A DNA stretch of 64,000 bases, from positions 110,727 through 174,726 of the forward strand of contig JBCCXD010000005.1 in NCBI GenBank assembly GCA_039192165.1, in the 5' to 3' direction. Shown in pieces: positions 18,073 to 27,425 of the stretch. The position numbers and the translations under genes were made by a program. Under the pieces are notes generated by a model. The model ran no database searches. It was not told the origin of the DNA and saw nothing but the letters and a program-made list of their open reading frames with translations. Position 1 is the first letter of the stretch. Each line of letters starts with the position of its first letter. The DNA is from Pseudomonadota bacterium. Lineage in GTDB: Bacteria; Pseudomonadota; Alphaproteobacteria; Rhodobacterales; Rhodobacteraceae.

Positions 18073-19409
18073 GCCATCAGACGGGCGAGAGCTTGAGCCT
18101 GATCGTCCGCAAGACGCGCTGGATCAACGCGAGTGAGCCTTCCCGCCTCCACCACGAGGCGGCCATCAACCATAAGATCGCGGACCCGCGGCGGTCCGGA
18201 CAGAAGCAGCGCCGCAACCGGATCCCAAGCTCCTGCGGCCTCAAGCCCGGAGACGTCCCAAATTGCCAGATCCGCGCGGAAGCCCGGCGCAATCTGCCCC
18301 AGCGCGTCGGCGCGGCCCAGCACTTCTGCGCCACCGCGGGTAGCAATTTCCAGGGCTTCGCGGGCCGCAAGGGCATCCGCTCCATTTTGTACGCGTTGAA
18401 GCAGCATAGCCTGACGCGCCTCCGCAATCAGAGATCCGGCATCGTTGGAAGCTGATCCGTCTACTCCGAGCGCAACCGGGACACCTGCGTCGCGCATGGC
18501 GCGCACCGGCGCAATCCCCGAACCCAGCCGGCAATTCGAGCACGGACAATGGGCGACACCAGTTTTTGTCCGAGCAAAGAGGTCTATCTCGCTCGTGTCG
18601 AGCTTCACACAATGGGCATGCCAGACATCTGCGCCTGTCCATCCGAGGTCTTCAGCATACTGGCCAGGGCGGCATCCGAACTGTGAAAGGCTGTAAGCGA
18701 TATCTTCGTCATTTTCAGCCAGATGCGTATGGAGCCGCACACTCTTGTCCCGCGCCAGCAATGCAGCATCGCGCATCAGCTCGCGACTAACCGAAAACGG
18801 TGAACAGGGCGCAAGACCAACCTGTACCATCGCATCGGGCGCAGGATCGTGAAAAGCGTCCACCACGCGGATGCAGTCTTTTAGGATTGCGCGTTCATCT
18901 TCGACCAGGCTGTCGGGTGGCAATCCTCCGGCACTTTCGCCGATCGACATCGCGCCTCTCGTCGGATGGAAGCGGATCCCGATATCAGTCGCGGCCTCGA
19001 TCGTATCTTCGAGGCGCGTGCCATTTGGAAAAAGATAGAGATGGTCGGATGAAAGAGTGCATCCGGTCATCGCGAGCTCCGCAAGGCCGACAGCAGTTGC
19101 GCTGCGTATGTCGTCGGGCTTCATGCGCGCCCAAATCGGATAGAGCGTCTGCAACCAGCCGAACAACAAGGCGTCCTGCGCGGCCGGTACAGTGCGGGTC
19201 AGGGTTTGATAAAGGTGGTGATGCGTATTGATCAGGCCGGGCGTGACAACGCAACCGCGTGCCGAAAACGTCGTACCGTCGGTTGAAAGCCCCTGCCCTA
19301 CTGCGACTATCGCACCATCGCGTATCAGAATATCGGCATCTTTGAACTCTCGGCGCGCGGCATCCATAGTCACCACAACCCGCGCGTTCTGAACCAGACA
19401 TTCGGTCAC
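18069..19409 (-). CDS. 8-oxoguanine deaminase-like amidohydrolase
   Basis: PGLINTHHHLYQTLTR, HTHLAE, HCPCSN, GVDGSASND; GTG start overlaps the hisN stop. Confidence 0.85.
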   Translation of the reverse strand: MTECLVQNARVVVTMDAARREFKDADILIRDGAIVAVGQGLSTDGTTFSARGCVVTPGLINTHHHLYQTLTRTVPAAQDALLFGWLQTLYPIWARMKPDDIRSATAVGLAELAMTGCTLSSDHLYLFPNGTRLEDTIEAATDIGIRFHPTRGAMSIGESAGGLPPDSLVEDERAILKDCIRVVDAFHDPAPDAMVQVGLAPCSPFSVSRELMRDAALLARDKSVRLHTHLAENDEDIAYSLSQFGCRPGQYAEDLGWTGADVWHAHCVKLDTSEIDLFARTKTGVAHCPCSNCRLGSGIAPVRAMRDAGVPVALGVDGSASNDAGSLIAEARQAMLLQRVQNGADALAAREALEIATRGGAEVLGRADALGQIAPGFRADLAIWDVSGLEAAGAWDPVAALLLSGPPRVRDLMVDGRLVVEAGRLTRVDPARLADDQAQALARLMA

Positions 19410-20233
19410 GGGACCTGCTTCAACAAAGAAAGTGCAGCGGCATGAATCTCCGGGTTGGCCGCAGCGATCACCCGTCCGCCTTGCGCAGCCGAGCCGCCCT
19501 GCCAATTCGTCACGATCCCTCCTGCAGCTTCGATGACGGCAATGGGGGCGCAGATGTCGTAGGACTGCAATCCAGCCTCGACCACAAGGTCGATCTGACC
19601 TGCTGCCAGAAGCGCGTAAGCATAGCAGTCCAAGCCGTACCGGGTGAGCTTAACCTGGTCCGATACAGCCGCGAAACCCGCCCGCTCAGCCGGAGAACCA
19701 ACTTCCGGAAAGGTCGTGAAAAGGGTAGCCTCTGCTAGCGATTTTGTGGTTCTCGTCGCCAAATTGCGTAACCCCATCGGCCCTGTGGCGCCGGCCGTTC
19801 CAAGCCCCCCCGCAAATCGTTCCCCGATAAACGGTTGATCAATGATCCCGAGCAAAGGCCCGTTGATATCTTTCAACGCGACGAGAACACCCCATGTCGG
19901 GGCGCCGCTGACATAGGCGCGTGTGCCGTCGATCGGGTCCAGCACCCAAGTTAGACCGCTGCTGCCCGATTTGCTGCCGTGCTCTTCGCCCAGAATCGCA
20001 TCTTCGGGACGCAATTGGTGAAGAACGTCGCGCATCGCAGCTTCCGCATCTCGATCGGCTTGCGTTACGGGATCAAATCCGTGCGCGCCCTTATCTGCGA
20101 TATCGAGTGCCCTGGATCGAAAATGCGTCAGTGTAACCGGACGCGCGGCGTCCGCCAGCGCGTGCGCGACCGACCACAACGCCCGCGCATCAAGATCGCG
20201 GCGCAGGTCAGACTCGGAGGCAGGTCTGGTCAT
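19406..20233 (-). CDS. hisN: Histidinol-phosphatase (inositol monophosphatase family)
   Basis: DPVTQADR, ILGEE, WVLDPIDGT, LQSYDICA. Confidence 0.85.
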   Translation of the reverse strand: MTRPASESDLRRDLDARALWSVAHALADAARPVTLTHFRSRALDIADKGAHGFDPVTQADRDAEAAMRDVLHQLRPEDAILGEEHGSKSGSSGLTWVLDPIDGTRAYVSGAPTWGVLVALKDINGPLLGIIDQPFIGERFAGGLGTAGATGPMGLRNLATRTTKSLAEATLFTTFPEVGSPAERAGFAAVSDQVKLTRYGLDCYAYALLAAGQIDLVVEAGLQSYDICAPIAVIEAAGGIVTNWQGGSAAQGGRVIAAANPEIHAAALSLLKQVP

Positions 20234-20334
20234 TCAAAGCTCCGGCGCTGTCGGCAGAAAATACACCGCCGCGCTAGCGGGCAGGCTGCGCGGCGTCAAG
20301 TATTTGCGGGTGCCCAAGCGGGCAAAGACTACAA

Positions 20335-20703
20335 TCAGGCGGCGTCGCTGAGAACACGAGCGAGGTCAAAAAGACGCCGGCGCTGTGTTTCGGGGATAGC
20401 GTAGTAGGAGCGCACGAGTTCAAGCGCCTCTTTGTCCGAGAGCAGATCGCCAGGAAGATCCGGCGGCGTAGTCGCGGCGCTGTCGTTGCCGAGACCTTCG
20501 AAGAAAAAGCTCGGCTGTACATTCATGGCGGCACTGATCTCCCACAAGCGGGAGGCGCTCACCCGGTTCATACCAGTCTCATATTTCTGAATCTGCTGAA
20601 ACTTGATCCCTACGCGCTCGGCCAATTGCTGCTGGGTCATGCCCACCATCCAACGCCGGTGACGCATTCGTTTACCCACGTGAACATCGACAGGGTGTTT
20701 CAT
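20335..20703 (-). CDS. XRE-family HTH transcriptional regulator (conserved alphaproteobacterial type)
   Basis: HPVDVHVGKRMRHRR...FQQIQKYETGMNRVSASRL. Confidence 0.9.
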   Translation of the reverse strand: MKHPVDVHVGKRMRHRRWMVGMTQQQLAERVGIKFQQIQKYETGMNRVSASRLWEISAAMNVQPSFFFEGLGNDSAATTPPDLPGDLLSDKEALELVRSYYAIPETQRRRLFDLARVLSDAA

Positions 20704-21074
20704 CACCATCTCCTTTGCCATCCACTATTGATAAGCAAATTTCATACCAACTTGCCGAAGTAGAGGTTTTGACCGGTATTTGTGGTCGCATTAGATCACC
20801 ATTCGCGCAGAAAAACCTTAGACTATTGTGAAGATCCCGCAGGGCAGCGGATTAGTGCGCACAGCCGTCGGATTGTCCTCCTCAAATGAGAATCTCCTTA
20901 TACGTGTTTATCATTTTGCATTGCATTTTGCAATTTTTCGCATTTTGAGGGCCTCTCTTATGGCGAAGCTTATGCAGACTCAGAGTGTCTGCTGGTCAAT
21001 TGCCGCGTGGCATTTTAGCGTGTCTCCGATCCGTCTGAAATGATGCCAAACCTCTAGACTAGTAAGAGTTTCCC

Positions 21075-22049
21075 ATGCGCGCCTATGTCTCCACTGATCC
21101 GACAGCACCGCCCGGTTTCGCCGATATGCCGCTGCCAGTGCCTGGCGCCGGAGAAGTACGCGTCCGAATCGCAGCCTGCGGTCTGAATTTTGCGGACTTG
21201 CTCATGGCCAAGGGTGAGTATCAGGAAAAACCCGCGCTACCTGTCACGCTTGGGCTCGAAATTTCCGGGACGGTCGATGCTGTAGGGGACGACACGATTG
21301 GGCTCGTACATGGCCAACGGGTTGCGGTCTATGCAGGGCATGGAGGTCTGGCGGAGTTCGGTGTCTTCCCTGCGGCGCGTTGCATTCCGCTTCCTGAAAA
21401 CATGTCCTTTACCGATGCTGCAGGTTTCCAGATTGCCTATGGCACCTCTCATCTTGCGCTGAGCCGTACCGCGCGGATGCAAAAGGGCGAGCGGCTTCTT
21501 GTCCTTGGCGCAGCCGGTGGAGTTGGGCTAACGGCCGTTGAAATCGGCAAGGTCATGGGTGCAGAAGTCATTGCCTGCGCGCGCGGCGCGGAGAAACTGG
21601 CGCATGCCAAAGCCGCTGGAGCGGATCACCTGATCGACAGCGAAGCTGACGATCTGCGCGACCGTGTCAAAGCGCTCGGCGGGGCCGATGTTGTATATGA
21701 CCCTGTGGGCGGACCCGCCTTTGTGGACGCAATGCGCGCCTGTAATCCCGAGGCCCGCATGGTGCTGATAGGGTTTGCCAGTGGGGCGCTGCCCGACATC
21801 AAGCCGAACCACCTTCTGGTCAAGAATATTTCGGTGCACGGATTTTATTGGGGAGGGTTCTTAAAGTTCAATTCAGAGGCTTTGACTGAAAGCCTCGCTC
21901 AGCTCTTTGCATGGCATGCGGCGGGTCGGATCAAACCGCATATCAGCCACCTGCTGCCTTTTGAGAAGGTAGAGGACGGGTTTGAATTGATCAGGTCCCG
22001 CACATCGACTGGCAAGGTTGTAATTACGATAGATCACAGCGCACTGTAG
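21075..22049 (+). CDS. NADPH:quinone oxidoreductase (MDR/zeta-crystallin family)
   Basis: ACGLNFADLL, GLEISG, LVLGAAGGVG, DVVYDPVGG. Confidence 0.92.
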   Translation: MRAYVSTDPTAPPGFADMPLPVPGAGEVRVRIAACGLNFADLLMAKGEYQEKPALPVTLGLEISGTVDAVGDDTIGLVHGQRVAVYAGHGGLAEFGVFPAARCIPLPENMSFTDAAGFQIAYGTSHLALSRTARMQKGERLLVLGAAGGVGLTAVEIGKVMGAEVIACARGAEKLAHAKAAGADHLIDSEADDLRDRVKALGGADVVYDPVGGPAFVDAMRACNPEARMVLIGFASGALPDIKPNHLLVKNISVHGFYWGGFLKFNSEALTESLAQLFAWHAAGRIKPHISHLLPFEKVEDGFELIRSRTSTGKVVITIDHSAL

Positions 22050-22888
22050 GCTTGGCGAAGTCCCAATATCAGATCTCGACTAACCGGATCGCTGGTCAGT
22101 CTGTTCGAGTACATGTTGATCTGTTTCGACGGAAGCGCAGGAAGCTCGCCGCCATGTGACACCGTCTGGAGATATGACGGAACCATGCCCTCCATCATCG
22201 CATGCACACCGAGGTCGGCGGACACGCTTGCCTCGATTGTACGGGAGCTATCTGCCTCAACTGCCATTTCCCAAGGTATGCCCGCCCCGTCTAGCGCGTC
22301 CTGCACCGAGCGCCGGAAGATGCAATTGTGCTCAAAAGCCAACCGCAGAGGCCGCTGGCGCCAGGCTGACCCATCCGGCGCCCCTACCCACACAAGAGGC
22401 ATCTCGCACAATGTCTCACCGCCTCCATCCGGCTCATCCTCTGTGGTGAGAATAACCGCCGCCTCGCCACGCGAGAACATTTGCTTCAGGCGCGTTGTGA
22501 AGGAAGAGACAAGCTGCACTTTCACACGAGGGTAGTCGGCATTGAACCTCTGCAGAACTTTGGGAATTGCCGGGTAGACGATGTCATGCGGCACCCCAAG
22601 AACGATCTCGCCCTCAAAAGCATGATCGGTCATCCTGGCGTAGATCTCGTCATTCAAAGACAACATCCGGCGGGCGTAACCCAAAAGCTGTTCTCCTGTC
22701 GCGGTAAGCGCGATCCCGCGCCCGGACCTGTCGAGAAGCGGAAGCCCCAATCCTTCTTCGAGCCGTTTGAGCTGCATCGACACTGCCGACTGCGTGAGGT
22801 TGAGCACCCCGGCCGCGCGGGTCACGCCACCATTCTCAGCAACCGCTACGAAGGAGCGCAAGGCAGTCATGTCCAGGTTACGAGGCAT
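22034..22888 (-). CDS. LysR family transcriptional regulator
   Basis: LRSFVAVAENGGVTRAAGVLNLTQSAVSMQLKRLE HTH. Confidence 0.95.
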   Translation of the reverse strand: MPRNLDMTALRSFVAVAENGGVTRAAGVLNLTQSAVSMQLKRLEEGLGLPLLDRSGRGIALTATGEQLLGYARRMLSLNDEIYARMTDHAFEGEIVLGVPHDIVYPAIPKVLQRFNADYPRVKVQLVSSFTTRLKQMFSRGEAAVILTTEDEPDGGGETLCEMPLVWVGAPDGSAWRQRPLRLAFEHNCIFRRSVQDALDGAGIPWEMAVEADSSRTIEASVSADLGVHAMMEGMVPSYLQTVSHGGELPALPSKQINMYSNRLTSDPVSRDLILGLRQAYSAL

Positions 22889-22891
22889 ATC

Positions 22892-22906
22892 ATCACCAAA
22901 AATGAT
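22892..22906. promoter_or_regulatory. LysR-type T-N11-A palindromic box between lysR and the DUF1127 gene
   Basis: ATCA-ccaaaaa-TGAT immediately upstream of the lysR start in the divergent spacer. Confidence 0.6.
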
Positions 22907-23014
22907 TTAATAGATCACAATCATTCGTTTTTAAAATGTATCACAAGGGATCATATTCATCAACAGAAAGAATGAGACACCCCGGAGACATCAGGAATAA
23001 GAAAGGATCATCTC

Positions 23015-23245
23015 ATGTTCAGCTCGTCCCACGCCTCTTCCTCGTTTTCCTTTGCACGCCTTCGCAGCGCCCTGCCCCGCGTTTCCCTTGATACGCTTCT
23101 TCACCTCGATGGCCTGCGTCGCCAGCGTTTTGCGTTGAAAGCTCTCGATGCGCATCTTCTACAAGACATCGGAGTGACCCAGGAGGAGGCTGAGGCTGAG
23201 AGCCGGCGCGCCGTATGGGATGTGCCCGCTGGCTTTCGTTTGTAA
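23015..23245 (+). CDS. DUF1127 (YjiS-like) small protein
   Basis: RRQRFALKALDAHLLQDIGVTQEEAEAESRRAVWD. Confidence 0.88.
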   Translation: MFSSSHASSSFSFARLRSALPRVSLDTLLHLDGLRRQRFALKALDAHLLQDIGVTQEEAEAESRRAVWDVPAGFRL

Positions 23246-23251
23246 CCGTCT

Positions 23252-23288
23252 GCGCAAAAATTCACATGTTAGATGTGGATTTTTGCGC
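23252..23288. terminator. Long hairpin after the DUF1127 gene (terminator or RNA element)
   Basis: gcgcaaaaattcacat-gttag-atgtggatttttgcgc, 16 bp stem with one mismatch (G-U pair). Confidence 0.55.
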
Positions 23289-23427
23289 TAACTCGAAAAA
23301 CAAGCGAAAATCTACTGTTTTTGGCATCTCCAGATGCGCTTCCCCCCCTTGAAAAAGATCTCAAACCCGCCAATATCTGACCCAACCGGGCCGCGCCATC
23401 GGTCCGTTCTTTTTCAAGGAGGGTTCT

Positions 23428-24168
23428 ATGGCACAATACGACACGATCCGCACGGCTGGCGCAGGCGTGCGCACCGCGCAGATCGACGAGGGTCTGCGCG
23501 CCCATTTTAACAAGGTTTATGGGCTCATGTCCGTTGCGATGGTGCTGACAGGTGCTGTTGCATGGGCGGTAGGTTCAAATGACGCGCTGCTGGGCATCTT
23601 CCGTGACCCGGCGACCCTCCAGCCGAATATCCTCGGCTGGATTGCGATGTTTGCACCGCTGATCATGGTGTTTGCCTTCAGTGCAATGATCAACAAAATG
23701 TCCGCCTCGGCGGCGCAAGTGTTCTTCTATGCATTTGCTGCAGCGATGGGGCTGTCCATCAGCTATATCTTCGCACTCTACACGGGTGTATCTATCGCGC
23801 AGACATTCCTGGTCACAGCGATCGCATTCTCGGGTCTGAGCCTTTACGGGTACACGACGAAAAAGGACCTGAGTGGTTGGGGACGCTTCCTGATCATGGG
23901 TCTGATCGGCCTGATCGCGGCGATGATCGTCAACATCTTCTTGGGCTCGCCGGCGATCGCATTTGCGGTATCGGTGATCGGTGTGCTGATATTTGCGGCT
24001 CTGACCGCCTATGACACTCAGCGCATCAAGACTGAGTACATTCAGCATGCGCAATATGGCGATCAGGAATGGCTGGCGAAGTCGGCGATTTTCGGCGCGC
24101 TGTCGCTCTACCTGAACTTCATCAACATGTTCATGTTTCTGCTGCAGTTCCTGGGCAACCGCGAATAG
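23428..24168 (+). CDS. Bax inhibitor-1/YccA family membrane protein
   Basis: IDEGLRAHFNKVY, YGYTTKKDLS, LTAYDTQRIK, GALSLYLNFIN. Confidence 0.93.
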   Translation: MAQYDTIRTAGAGVRTAQIDEGLRAHFNKVYGLMSVAMVLTGAVAWAVGSNDALLGIFRDPATLQPNILGWIAMFAPLIMVFAFSAMINKMSASAAQVFFYAFAAAMGLSISYIFALYTGVSIAQTFLVTAIAFSGLSLYGYTTKKDLSGWGRFLIMGLIGLIAAMIVNIFLGSPAIAFAVSVIGVLIFAALTAYDTQRIKTEYIQHAQYGDQEWLAKSAIFGALSLYLNFINMFMFLLQFLGNRE

Positions 24169-24189
24169 GAACGCAGAAGTTGCAACCAG

Positions 24190-24217
24190 AAAAGGCCGGC
24201 GCTTGCGCCGGCCTTTT
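24190..24217. terminator. Bidirectional intrinsic terminator
   Basis: aaaaggccggcgc-tt-gcgccggcctttt perfect inverted repeat between convergent genes. Confidence 0.85.
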
Positions 24218-24242
24218 TATTTTGATGCCGAAGCTGTCGAAT

Positions 24243-24716
24243 TCAGAGGCAGTTCAGAGCGATCGCATAGGAGCTTGGCGCGCGCCACGCCGGACCCGAC
24301 GCTGCGCATGGGCTTACGGTATTGACCATGCTCTTGAGGGCCTCGGACTGATCAATAGAACCGTTTGCGCGGTCGGCGTGGGCCACTAAGAAATCGTACC
24401 CGTCATAGTTCACCTGCGTAACAGTAAAGCTCTGCCCACCGGCATTCATTGCAATGCCATCGCGCGATTTGCGTTCAGTCATAGATAGCGCGGCAGCTTC
24501 ATTCTGAGATACCGGCGTGTTGTTGCGGCGCATCTCCTTCGACGTGAACGAGAAGCTCGGGGCAGACCGCCGAGCAGAAATTGCCTGCGCCTGTGCTTCT
24601 TCCCGCGCGTCGATAGCCGCTGCAGACGACCCCACTGGATATTTGTCAAACCCCACCAGGTTGGGCTCGCAGGCGGCAAGTGCGGCGGCGGGCAAAAGAA
24701 ATAGAAGCGGACGCAT
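24243..24716 (-). CDS. Hypothetical lipoprotein
   Basis: Lipobox LAAC after hydrophobic signal; two C-terminal Cys. Confidence 0.7.
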   Translation of the reverse strand: MRPLLFLLPAAALAACEPNLVGFDKYPVGSSAAAIDAREEAQAQAISARRSAPSFSFTSKEMRRNNTPVSQNEAAALSMTERKSRDGIAMNAGGQSFTVTQVNYDGYDFLVAHADRANGSIDQSEALKSMVNTVSPCAASGPAWRAPSSYAIALNCL

Positions 24717-24815
24717 TGCAAGTCTCCGGCTTGGTCACTTTCCTGCGTTTTCAAATACCAAGATGGCGAGAACGCGGCAAGTTTACGAGACTTTAGAACA
24801 AGGGCCGTCTGCGGC

Positions 24816-25316
24816 CTAAAGGTCACGAAGCATCCGGACAGACTGGAACGGGAGGTTCGCTGGCCCGATCGGGACCGTCACCGCCTCCGCTCCCTTAAAA
24901 CCCAAAGCGCGATAAAAAGGTTCTGCGGTAAGGGTGGACAGAACCTCGAGAGTCTCAATCCCTGTGGTCCTGGCAGAGCGAAAGATGTGCTCCATAAGCG
25001 CCCGCCCGTGTCCACGGCGGGTGTGCCTGTAATCCGTGACGACATGACGAACATGACCGCGCAAAGGCAAATAAGCGGAGCCTTTGGGCGCACCGCGTGT
25101 CCAGCCGCCGGCTGCGCAAAGCGCGCCACCCTGCTCCAAGACGAAGTAAGTTCCACAGGTAACCAGCGCGGGCTGTGCACGCGAAATCAGAGGAAGCGCG
25201 GTAACCATTGTGGAGGGCGCGTAGTCTCGTTTGAGCTGCTTTGGGTAGCTGGACGACAACAGCCCGTCGACCGGTTCGACGTCCTGTATCGTGGCTGGGC
25301 GAATTGTGAGCGACAT
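24816..25316 (-). CDS. GNAT family N-acetyltransferase
   Basis: VRHVVTDYRHTRRGHGRALM acetyl-CoA motif; AEPFYRALGF. Confidence 0.88.
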   Translation of the reverse strand: MSLTIRPATIQDVEPVDGLLSSSYPKQLKRDYAPSTMVTALPLISRAQPALVTCGTYFVLEQGGALCAAGGWTRGAPKGSAYLPLRGHVRHVVTDYRHTRRGHGRALMEHIFRSARTTGIETLEVLSTLTAEPFYRALGFKGAEAVTVPIGPANLPFQSVRMLRDL

Positions 25317-25398
25317 ACCAACAGAGATGGCGCAGCCCAGAGAAAAGAAAAGCCGCGCTGGTGGGCGCGGCCTTTTCAAGTCGGTCTTTGGGGCGAGA

Positions 25399-25566
25399 TT
25401 ACTTGATCTTACCTTCCTTATATTCGACGTGCTTGCGGGCGACCGGGTCATACTTTTTGACAACCATCTTCTCAGTCATCGTACGTGCATTTTTCTTGGT
25501 CACATAGAAGTGGCCAGTATCCGCAGTGGAGTTCAGGCGGATCTTGATCGTGGTCGGCTTCGCCAT
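25399..25566 (-). CDS. rpmG: 50S ribosomal protein L33 (Cys-free type); not in the ORF track
   Basis: Hand translation [55 protein letters not shown]. Confidence 0.97.
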   Translation of the reverse strand: MAKPTTIKIRLNSTADTGHFYVTKKNARTMTEKMVVKKYDPVARKHVEYKEGKIK

Positions 25567-25670
25567 GGTGTGATCTCCTTGACGGGGTTACGGGCAAAGG
25601 GCGCACGCCCTTAGATAAACTTGAAGCCCGGCTTTTACCCGGCCAGACCGAGCTGTCAACCGGAATCACT

Positions 25671-26054
25671 GCGCGGGAAGGCCTGTAAGCCGGATTCTGT
25701 CCCAGGGTTGCCCCCTTGGATGACCATTCCTCTGAGCGGCCTGTTGCCAGGCGCGCTTTAGCTGCCAACCCGGACCCCTGGATCGAAGCAACCCGGCGCT
25801 TGCACGCTACGGGGTCCCTATTTGGCATTGCTCCCGGTGGGGCTTGCCGTGCCGGAGCTGTTGCCAGCTCCGCGGTGGGCTCTTACCCCACCGTTTCATC
25901 CTTACCCCGGCATTGCGAGGCGGTTTGATTTCTGTGGCGCTTTCCGTCGGGTTTCCCCGCCCGGGGGTTACCCGGCACCGTTGCTTCTTGGAGTCCGGAC
26001 TTTCCTCGACAACCGGAATGACCCAGCAGCCGCGGCCATCCAGCCCACCCGCGC
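25671..26054 (-). ncRNA. rnpB: RNase P RNA, class A
   Basis: Minus strand carries GAGGAAAGTCCGGACTCC near the 5' end and ACAGAATCCGGCTTAC near the 3' end; termini GCGCGGG / CCCGCGC pair as P1. Confidence 0.96.
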
Positions 26055-26064
26055 GCCGGTTGGC

Positions 26065-26799
26065 TTAGGCTTTGGTACGGCTTGCGTCAACGCTGAAATG
26101 TGCCGCGAGCTCCGCCGCCAGGGCCATATCCGCAGGTTCAAGTGGTCCCCTGGCGCCGGGGCGAAAGCGCGACCGAAAGGCGCTTAGAAGTTTCTGGATG
26201 TCAGTTATTGTTGTCATACCGAAGCTTGCGAGATCGGCTATAAAACGCTTTTCATCCACGGCCTGGGCTTTGCCAGCATCGGGCCAGATTGCCAACCCCT
26301 GGCGCGCGAGACGGCGCCAGTCGAACCGTGGGCCAGGATCAATCTTGCGGTGGGGGGCCATGTCGGAATGCCCTATGACCCCTGCAGGCCCAATACCCCA
26401 GCGGCCCATGATGTCCGGCAGTAACGCTTCGAGGGCATCCATGAGAGACGCGGAAAAAGGCGAGCTGCCGTCATTGTCGAGCTCGATGCCAATAGAATGG
26501 CTGTTCACGTCCGAAATTGCGCCCCAGCGCCCTGCTCCGGCATGCCAAGCACGGTTTTCTTCAGCAACAAGCCGCAGGACGTCCCCGTTCTCAGCAATCA
26601 GGTAATGCGCCGAGACCTCGGACGCAGGGTTGCACAGCCATTCACAGGCGTCCCTGGCCGATGCCATCGCCGTATAGTGAAGCACAATCAGAGAAGGCTG
26701 CGCATTGTCACGCCTGCCTCCGAAATTCGGAGACGGCCGCTCGATGATCGGAGTCAGTTGCGCACCGCCAGCCGGAAAGGCGCCGGGTTCCAGCCGCAT
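26065..26799 (-). CDS. N-acetylmuramoyl-L-alanine amidase (AmpD-like, amidase_2)
   Basis: PSPNFG, IVLHYT, SAHY, RAWHAG, NSHSIGIEL, GHSDMAPHRKIDPG; true start probably near 26757. Confidence 0.92.
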   Translation of the reverse strand: MRLEPGAFPAGGAQLTPIIERPSPNFGGRRDNAQPSLIVLHYTAMASARDACEWLCNPASEVSAHYLIAENGDVLRLVAEENRAWHAGAGRWGAISDVNSHSIGIELDNDGSSPFSASLMDALEALLPDIMGRWGIGPAGVIGHSDMAPHRKIDPGPRFDWRRLARQGLAIWPDAGKAQAVDEKRFIADLASFGMTTITDIQKLLSAFRSRFRPGARGPLEPADMALAAELAAHFSVDASRTKA

Positions 26800-27416
26800 A
26801 CGAAGCCGTCCCCATCCGGGTCCATTCCGCGACCGTCGCGCTGCGGGCCACCAGAATTCAGGAACGCCTGTTGCGCGTCGTTGGGACCATCATACCGCGC
26901 ACAGGCGCGTGCCGCGCGTTCGGTAGATCCGCCTGACCGGGGATAGACCGACTGGCCGACAGTGTTGCTGGTTGACAGAGCATAACGAACGATGTCGTCA
27001 AAACTGTCTCCGCCAGGGCGCGTCGGCACAGCTTCCGGTTCAACGACCTGGTAGAGCTCGCGCTGAGCAGCAATGCGCGCGGCATCATCCTCGATGCTAA
27101 CCCGGTCAGAAACCGCTCCGAAATCATTCTCGTCAGAAATCCCAGGGCCGCGCGCCAGAAGAGCTGTGCCCGCTAGCGGCGCTCCGTCTGCGCCAGCGGC
27201 TTGCGCGCCCTGTACATCCGTCAGTGGCGCATCTTGGCCAGCTGGCAAAACCAAAGCATTGCCCGTCGCTAAGGCTTCGTCACGCGCGCGGCGTTCCGCC
27301 TCAAATGAGTCGTAGTCCGAGAACCCAACGCCCCGGTCGTCGGGAACAGATGGATCGCAGGCGGCCAGGCTGAGTCCGGCGGCTGCGCAAAGGCTGAGAC
27401 TGATAAACCGTTTCAT
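26754..27416 (-). CDS. Hypothetical lipoprotein with C-terminal Excalibur-like Ca-binding motif
   Basis: Lipobox LAAC; C-terminal C...MDPDGDGFVC. Confidence 0.75.
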   Translation of the reverse strand: MKRFISLSLCAAAGLSLAACDPSVPDDRGVGFSDYDSFEAERRARDEALATGNALVLPAGQDAPLTDVQGAQAAGADGAPLAGTALLARGPGISDENDFGAVSDRVSIEDDAARIAAQRELYQVVEPEAVPTRPGGDSFDDIVRYALSTSNTVGQSVYPRSGGSTERAARACARYDGPNDAQQAFLNSGGPQRDGRGMDPDGDGFVCGWNPAPFRLAVRN

Positions 27417-27425
27417 GCCGAGACC

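Noticed and set aside
23246-23427. Cuckoo/CcsR-type sRNA repeats downstream of DUF1127
   Set aside because: No CCTCCTCCC loop motifs; only one AT-rich hairpin
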